The position numbers and the translations under genes were made by a program. A stretch of 64,000 nucleotides of DNA from positions 62,001-126,000 of IMG/VR virus record IMGVR_UViG_3300042514_000542; one strand, written 5' to 3'. Under the pieces are notes generated by a model. The model was not told the origin of the DNA and made no database searches. It saw only the letters and a program-made list of their open reading frames with translations. Of the stretch, positions 58,099 through 64,000 are shown in pieces (position 1 is the stretch's first letter; each line of letters starts with the position of its first letter).

Positions 58099-58160
58099 AT
58101 TATTTAAGTATAAAAACAAAAATCCCAACCGATAAACGATTGGGATTTTAAGGATTTTTA

Positions 58161-58727
58161 TTACTTGGCGAAGTTCTCATACCAGTGATATGAGAATGTT
58201 GTCGGAATCGATAGAATTTCACCCGTTCCGTCAGCGATTTGATAACCAATTTCACCAATGGTTTTAATAGCCATACCAACAAACTTGATCTGTTCAATAA
58301 CTTCGAAACCCTGACCACCGCTATTATTTTGTCCACATGGAACTGCTAATAGATCCAGAATCATATAAGATTCTGGTCCAGGCATACACATTTGTCCAGT
58401 AGTAGTTTCATTATCGAATGATGTTCTGGATGCTATTTCGAATTTCTTACGAAGACTTAAATCTTGTGTGTGATAAAATTCTATAGCATAACTTTCAGAA
58501 CCCGGATATGATGATTTACCATTAAGGTTGAATGTTTGTCCTGAATAGTTAACTTGCTTATTCTCAATATCTCTACCGGGAATTGAAGCTGTTTTAGCGA
58601 ATACTAAATCAGTCTCCCCGTTCAATGATAGACCGGGAAGTTCGATTTGTTTAACTCTCATGAAGAAATCCCTAGCGAATTGTCTTTGAGATGCAAGATT
58701 GAAGAATGTGTTGATGTCTGCGGGCAT
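58161..58727 (-). CDS. gp19: tail tube protein
   Basis: Directly after the sheath gene; AKTASIPGR, V.YSGQ, IGEI, TTFSYHW. Confidence 0.75.
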   Translation of the reverse strand: MPADINTFFNLASQRQFARDFFMRVKQIELPGLSLNGETDLVFAKTASIPGRDIENKQVNYSGQTFNLNGKSSYPGSESYAIEFYHTQDLSLRKKFEIASRTSFDNETTTGQMCMPGPESYMILDLLAVPCGQNNSGGQGFEVIEQIKFVGMAIKTIGEIGYQIADGTGEILSIPTTFSYHWYENFAK

Positions 58728-58750
58728 ATTATTATTTAGTTATAAAGTTA

Positions 58751-61060
58751 TTATCCAATCAATTCTGTGAAGTTTGCATCGGTGCGAGTTGCGATAAAGC
58801 TAACTAAGATGAACTCAGCAGTTCTCACTGGTTTGATGTAAATATCTGCCCTCATCTCATTACTATCGATCACTTGAGGTGTATTATTCCTTTCGTCACA
58901 AACGATAACGTAGTCATAAATACCTTGATTATTCTTAGCATACTCAAAGATAGGTGTAATAGTGTTGACAAATCTTGTTCTAGTGAACTCGGTATTCGGT
59001 TCAAAAACAAAGAACACTGAGGCTTTCTTAGTTGGTCTTTCTAGAGCTAAGAAACATCTACGAACATTAATTCTATCAAATGCACTTGGTTTTCTACTCA
59101 TAGTCTTTTGACCGAAGATAGCCATACCTTGTGATGGTGAGAATAGAACTGGGTTAAGATTGCTCTTATAGAGTTCGTCACGTTGTTTTTGGTTAGGTGT
59201 GATTGCGATATTCACCACATTTCCACTTACTAATCCTCTGGTGTATCCAGCAGGAGCAGACCATGGGAATTCAGCGGCATCGTTACGAGCAAACGTTGCA
59301 CCCGCCACAGGGGAGAATGGAACCCAAATCTTATCACCTAAGAATTCATCATATACTTGCGCCCAGTTTGCATATACAGCGGCATAGGAAGTATTTTCCA
59401 ATTCGAATTGGTGTCTCATCGCCCAATAGATATCTGTTTGGAAATTTTTATCTCTATCTGATAGAACTTTAGTATTCTTACCAGTGATCATAATATGGCG
59501 AATTGGGTCTGCGATTAGCATACAGTCACCACGACCACCTGTATTAGATGGAAGGTTACAGAAGTTTTCAAACTTATTGAAGATTACGCTATAATTAGCT
59601 CTAATGTCTTCACCAGCAGCAGTTAAGCTATTGGATGTTCTAAGTTCTTCGATCTTAGCACTTAATGCTATTGAGTATGCAGCATCATCGTAGTAAGTGC
59701 TAGATAGTCCTTGCATATTCGTTATAACATGGATAGTTCCAAGTCCTGCTTCAACCACAACATCAATGTCGTAGATTTCGTCATTTTTAACTGCTTCTAA
59801 TGCTCTTTCAAGTTTTGAAGGAATCGATCCCAACTCTTTGGTTGTGATTTGACCAGAACTAAATGTTCCGACAGGATATAGGTTATCTGAAACTTCAAGT
59901 TGTCCAACAAGTGTTGTATATCCAACAGAATCGATACCAGATACAGTAACACCAGCAGCAGAAAGTGTAGTTGTTAGCATACGAACCTTACGTGTTGGAA
60001 TACCAGAAATACCAACAGAAGTCGTTCCAAATTTGTTAGAGACATATGGATTGACAAGAACTTCGATATTTCTATCAGTTGAATCTTCACTTTCTAGGAA
60101 GAATGATACGAATGGCCCACCCGTTTGATTAGGGCGAGTTCTATACGAATCAATAGATCCTACAATCGCACCATCGAGAATATAGTCAAGTTTATATGAT
60201 TCAGTGGCATAAAGACTCTTACGAAGTTTAAACACACCAATGTTAAGAAGATCATCATCTTCTCTACCGTCAATGTTATAATCGGTAAGGTTTTCCATGA
60301 TTTGGGAAATACTACCAGAGTTACCATTTGGTGTTGCGGTTAGTGCAAATTGGAAGGTTCCAAGTGGAACGTTTGTGAAGTTCGAAGTAAAGGTTGAAGA
60401 TACACTTACAGTCTTTGCGCCGATGATCGCATCATAATTAGTTGATGGGTTGATATTAGAGTTATCTGAAACACCGACATAATAACCTTCAAACTGACTA
60501 TTGATAGTAGTTTGAGCTTTGTTAAGAATGATAAGACCAGCTTGGCCAAGTGCAGAGAAAGATGAAAGTTGTGCGCGGTTACAACCAGATTGACTCCATG
60601 TGAATAGAGAACCTTCTTGAATTTGGTTATATTGAGTTTCACTAAGAGTTACATGAACAGGATTCCCCAGAACTATAGTTGAATTAGCAGTAGTTAAATC
60701 TGATCTAATAGAAGAAAGGGATGTGGCATATGCTTTAGCAGGATATACCAACGCTGAATATTCCGATCCGAATCCAGTTCCAGAACCAGCACCATAAGGA
60801 AGACGAGAAGTGTAGATATGTGCAGGTGAATTAAGTAATTCTTTAATACCGTGATAGAAATATCTCTCTGCTGCGTTGGTAGGAACTCCGTAAATTTGAT
60901 CTAAATCTGCCTTAGACGTAATCTTAATTACCTCGTCTGTATAACCTTGGGATGCATATCCAGCAATGAAAATGTTCGTTCCTACGTTCTGTGGAGCGAT
61001 AAGAGATAGATCACGTTCGAAGATTTCGACACCGGGAGATAAAATTGTGCGAGTTGCCAT
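58751..61060 (-). CDS. gp18: tail sheath protein
   Basis: LSPGVEIFERDLS, PWSAPAGYTRG, GQKT, AFDRINVRR, FEPN..FTR, IKPVRTAEFI. Confidence 0.95.
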   Translation of the reverse strand: MATRTILSPGVEIFERDLSLIAPQNVGTNIFIAGYASQGYTDEVIKITSKADLDQIYGVPTNAAERYFYHGIKELLNSPAHIYTSRLPYGAGSGTGFGSEYSALVYPAKAYATSLSSIRSDLTTANSTIVLGNPVHVTLSETQYNQIQEGSLFTWSQSGCNRAQLSSFSALGQAGLIILNKAQTTINSQFEGYYVGVSDNSNINPSTNYDAIIGAKTVSVSSTFTSNFTNVPLGTFQFALTATPNGNSGSISQIMENLTDYNIDGREDDDLLNIGVFKLRKSLYATESYKLDYILDGAIVGSIDSYRTRPNQTGGPFVSFFLESEDSTDRNIEVLVNPYVSNKFGTTSVGISGIPTRKVRMLTTTLSAAGVTVSGIDSVGYTTLVGQLEVSDNLYPVGTFSSGQITTKELGSIPSKLERALEAVKNDEIYDIDVVVEAGLGTIHVITNMQGLSSTYYDDAAYSIALSAKIEELRTSNSLTAAGEDIRANYSVIFNKFENFCNLPSNTGGRGDCMLIADPIRHIMITGKNTKVLSDRDKNFQTDIYWAMRHQFELENTSYAAVYANWAQVYDEFLGDKIWVPFSPVAGATFARNDAAEFPWSAPAGYTRGLVSGNVVNIAITPNQKQRDELYKSNLNPVLFSPSQGMAIFGQKTMSRKPSAFDRINVRRCFLALERPTKKASVFFVFEPNTEFTRTRFVNTITPIFEYAKNNQGIYDYVIVCDERNNTPQVIDSNEMRADIYIKPVRTAEFILVSFIATRTDANFTELIG

Positions 61061-61111
61061 ATTGTTATTTATCTTTTACTTGACAAACTTTATAAAAGAT
61101 TAAATACAAAA

Positions 61112-61693
61112 TCAATTTTCATTCAGAATCTCTACATGCATCTGGCTATATAAGAACGTGAAGCCACTTTCGATCTCTTCACCCTGATCACTTTTTTGAT
61201 TATATGTAATCTGATCAATGCTTGTTGGAAATGCTTTTATATACTTGAAATGAATTCTCTTCTTTTGGAACTCATCAAGACCATAAACAGATAAATCTGT
61301 CATATAATCATTGAAATTAGCATCATCTGGAACCAATCCTTTCTGATTATATACACCAGTTTTATGGTCGTGTAATAAATTCAACCAAGACCATATAGTG
61401 AAATAGTTATTATACATGGAGTCCACATTGAATTTAATGTTAACTGGTGGTGGGGAATCCTTACTAAAAGAAGACTGATACAATGTAGATCCAGCAAATC
61501 GAGTTTCCACACCCTTTACGGCAACTTCTGGTATAACTGTTCCAAATACAGAGAATTGAACACTATCTGGTAAAATGGTGGAATTATTCCTAGTGTATTT
61601 GCTGGCAATTGGTTTTAAAATGGAGGGAAGGTCAAAAACAAGTATAAACTTGTCTTGACGGGCTTTATTTAAGACGCTTTGTTGGATATCCAT
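61112..61693 (-). CDS. tail completion / tube-fold protein (gp3-like)
   Basis: FSVFG..IP, VD..YNNY..IWSW, AFPTSI. Confidence 0.55.
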   Translation of the reverse strand: MDIQQSVLNKARQDKFILVFDLPSILKPIASKYTRNNSTILPDSVQFSVFGTVIPEVAVKGVETRFAGSTLYQSSFSKDSPPPVNIKFNVDSMYNNYFTIWSWLNLLHDHKTGVYNQKGLVPDDANFNDYMTDLSVYGLDEFQKKRIHFKYIKAFPTSIDQITYNQKSDQGEEIESGFTFLYSQMHVEILNEN

Positions 61694-61701
61694 GTTATTA
61701 T

Positions 61702-62433
61702 TTAACTACCCAATTTAGTCGAATTCTCTAAAACTGCATTTTCAATGTATTTGACTACATCTTTGGGAATAGCTTGAAGGACTGACTCGGCTTTTTTTAA
61801 ATCGGTTTCTCTATCTGATATATCAAAAGAAAGATGTTTATCGAAAACTCTCCTTTGGGTGTGACCACCATGAAATATTGAAACAGATGCCCATAAATTA
61901 CCTTGATACTCATCAAACCTACAACTCCAAACAAATCTCCAACCACGTTCCTTTCCCCAGTGTTTTTCCACTTTTATATTATATGCCTCATCTTCTGTTT
62001 TTGGTGGTGGAAACGAGTAGTCATTAGTTTTCCAATCAAATATCAAACCACCAACACCATACTTATCTTTCGCACCTTTAAAAATTATAGGAGATAAAAA
62101 TTTCAAAGCTGTCTCTTCCAAACTTTTTGCGTAACCCACTTCTGGTTCTTTTTTTGGAATTTCTCTACCCAATAATTCACTAATAGCTATTCCTTTCACT
62201 GCCACGATACCAAATCCATCATCAGCTACTATATAATTAGCATTATGACCTATTTCACCATTTAATCCTACCCAATAATCAATAAACTTTTTAGCTTGTT
62301 CTCTTGCGGTTGGACCACTATAAGTTTCAACCGTATCATCAGAATCCCCGCTATGATTTCTATAAGTAACCGTAATTTGTTCAGGTTTACTTAATTCTTG
62401 ATTGTTTTCAAAAAATGTTTTAAATGTTATCAT
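61702..62433 (-). CDS. hypothetical virion protein
   Basis: MITFKTFFE start resembles T4-like head-internal protein leaders; late-type promoter. Confidence 0.45.
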   Translation of the reverse strand: MITFKTFFENNQELSKPEQITVTYRNHSGDSDDTVETYSGPTAREQAKKFIDYWVGLNGEIGHNANYIVADDGFGIVAVKGIAISELLGREIPKKEPEVGYAKSLEETALKFLSPIIFKGAKDKYGVGGLIFDWKTNDYSFPPPKTEDEAYNIKVEKHWGKERGWRFVWSCRFDEYQGNLWASVSIFHGGHTQRRVFDKHLSFDISDRETDLKKAESVLQAIPKDVVKYIENAVLENSTKLGS

Positions 62434-62442
62434 TGCTGTTAT

Positions 62443-64000
62443 TTATCCAAATAGTCTCTCATATGCTCCCCACTGTTCATCCGTGAATGTTCTACTAGGA
62501 TCTACGTGTGGCATACTACCACCAAGAAGATGCCAACCATCGGCTTGAAGTTGTGATATTTCATTCATTTGTTCAGTTTGTCCACCAAAAGCTATCGGTG
62601 CTAGTCTCGATTGCTCAATTCTATGAACCTGTTCATTGGTATATATACTAGTAGCACTTTCGAAATACTGAATACCATAATCCAAGGGTGATATTTTGGA
62701 TGGTTTACCACAGTTATCAAACTCTTCAATAGTGAACCATCTTTCACATAAATCTTTATCTAGAATCATCAATGCCCAAATCGTAGCCATGGTTCTGTCA
62801 TCATGCTTACCGGAAACCGCACCCCAAGTATCATTTGGCAGTTTTACAAAGTCTTTAAAGATTTCCTCAAGGGATTGATCATTTCTAAAAACAACAACAC
62901 CCCTATCGCTATAATAATAGCGAGCATTGGCACACGCATAGTATTTGGTGTTTCTGCTTGATATCATACCAAATAATTCCAAACTCTTTCTTCCAGCCAG
63001 TTTGGAACCCCAGTTAACTATCTTAGGGTATCCATAATCCATACCTAATCTATCAGCAACTTGACCACCTTGGTTATTTCTCTCAATACATACCAATGGA
63101 TTTCCCCAATGTTGTAATATCTCATATAACTTGTTGGAGAATTCTGCTACTGGAATTGTATTATCATAATATTCACCAACTTCAATGATTTCATTGAGAT
63201 CTGTAATATCTAATATCTTAATAACTGAATAGTCACCCCCAACACCCTCGGATACATCAACACCAGCGACATATAACTTATCTGGACTTGGTAATTCCCA
63301 TATCTTATACTTACCATCCATTAAAATCTCTACTGGTTCTCTAACTTCCTTTAATAAATTCTTATATAAAGTTTCATTTAAAGATGATGTTCCTGTATTA
63401 ATGAAAACACATTCATATTCCTGTTGCCACTTTTCTTCAGATGCAAGACCACTTTTAATTTTATCAGCCCATGTCTGGGTTCTACCTGGTACTTCATTCC
63501 ATAAAATTTTATCATGAACCCACCCATTCTTACCTTCCACTGCACCTGAATATAATGTATGGAAAAGATTACCCGTACCATTAGCAGTAGAACAAATGAA
63601 AACTTTTGATGTATTGGATGCTGAAACGATGGGGAATACAGATGCCCAGAATGGGTCCATTAAATGTTCTTCGATGAAAGCACACTCATCAATAACCAGT
63701 ATAGATACTGCCTGACCACGGGCAGCAGTTCCAGTTGTTGTTGAAATCTGAATTCTACTTCCATTTTCTAAATCCATTCCCGTCTTACCATAAGTTTCAG
63801 CGATTGGGGATTTTAACCAGTTTGGCATTAATTCATACGCCATTCTAATTCTACCAAAAATTTCAATAGCGGTTGCCTCTTTGTTAGCTACTAGAAGAAT
63901 ACGCTCATCGTTGAAGAATAATGCAACCCATAATAGATAGATTGTCATAAGGGTGGATTTACCGATCTGACGACTTGCTAAAAGAATAAAGAATCTATCA
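62443..64000 (-). CDS. gp17: terminase large subunit (5' end outside the window)
   Basis: Frame is open to the window edge: SRQIGKS Walker A, AARG, VIDECAF, STANG, QEYEC, GVDVSEGVGGDYS, HDD. Confidence 0.95.
   Translation of the reverse strand, partial: DRFFILLASRQIGKSTLMTIYLLWVALFFNDERILLVANKEATAIEIFGRIRMAYELMPNWLKSPIAETYGKTGMDLENGSRIQISTTTGTAARGQAVSILVIDECAFIEEHLMDPFWASVFPIVSASNTSKVFICSTANGTGNLFHTLYSGAVEGKNGWVHDKILWNEVPGRTQTWADKIKSGLASEEKWQQEYECVFINTGTSSLNETLYKNLLKEVREPVEILMDGKYKIWELPSPDKLYVAGVDVSEGVGGDYSVIKILDITDLNEIIEVGEYYDNTIPVAEFSNKLYEILQHWGNPLVCIERNNQGGQVADRLGMDYGYPKIVNWGSKLAGRKSLELFGMISSRNTKYYACANARYYYSDRGVVVFRNDQSLEEIFKDFVKLPNDTWGAVSGKHDDRTMATIWALMILDKDLCERWFTIEEFDNCGKPSKISPLDYGIQYFESATSIYTNEQVHRIEQSRLAPIAFGGQTEQMNEISQLQADGWHLLGGSMPHVDPSRTFTDEQWGAYERLFG

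Larger units (their letters stand above)
48870..62450 (-). promoter_or_regulatory. T4-like late promoter element TAAATA, 5-9 nt before start codons
   Basis: Seen before genes starting at 62433, 61693, 61060, 58727, ~58098, 56768, ~56038, 54113 and 48876, and before all five homing endonucleases. Confidence 0.7.

Noticed and set aside
61079-61105. Plus-strand TTGACA as an antisense promoter against the late genes
   Set aside because: The -10 spacing is poor and TTGACA also occurs by chance inside ORFs (e.g. ~944) in this AT-rich DNA.
1-64000. Stop-codon reassignment
   Set aside because: Long recognisable genes are uninterrupted in the standard code and coding density is high.

Overview
This 64 kb window is an AT-rich segment of a large T4-like myovirus genome, with almost all genes on the minus strand. 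Bases ~1-50,050 form an early/middle accessory region. It is built from small gene cassettes, many headed by one of 35 copies of a 21-bp repeat (minus strand TAATTAAAACCGAAnTAyAAT) that usually lies exactly 6 nt before an ATG, implying leaderless mRNAs. This region encodes ThyX, rIIA/rIIB, a Prs-like plus Nampt-like pair (NARP1-type NAD+ rebuilding), a WGR-PARP, a macrodomain protein, three RNA ligases, Thg1, a Pnk-like kinase, a 2H phosphoesterase and Pth2. It also has four LAGLIDADG homing endonucleases and a DNA ligase fractured by a trans-splicing split intein around a Vsr-like endonuclease. Bases ~50,570-64,000 hold baseplate, tail tube, tail sheath and terminase genes behind T4-like TAAATA late promoters. 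The most striking element is a Ro60/TROVE-like vWA gene (8008-9666) followed by a 1.3 kb tandem array of 12 predicted RNA modules (6599-7896). Each module is closed by its own 7-10 bp stem, 11 carry a conserved CAGCA handle, and several enclose circularly permuted tRNA-like payloads, suggesting a phage Ro / multi-Y-RNA system. Several other structured non-coding islands are present. All calls were made by eye from sequence motifs; no database or folding search was run, and host and novelty are unverified.
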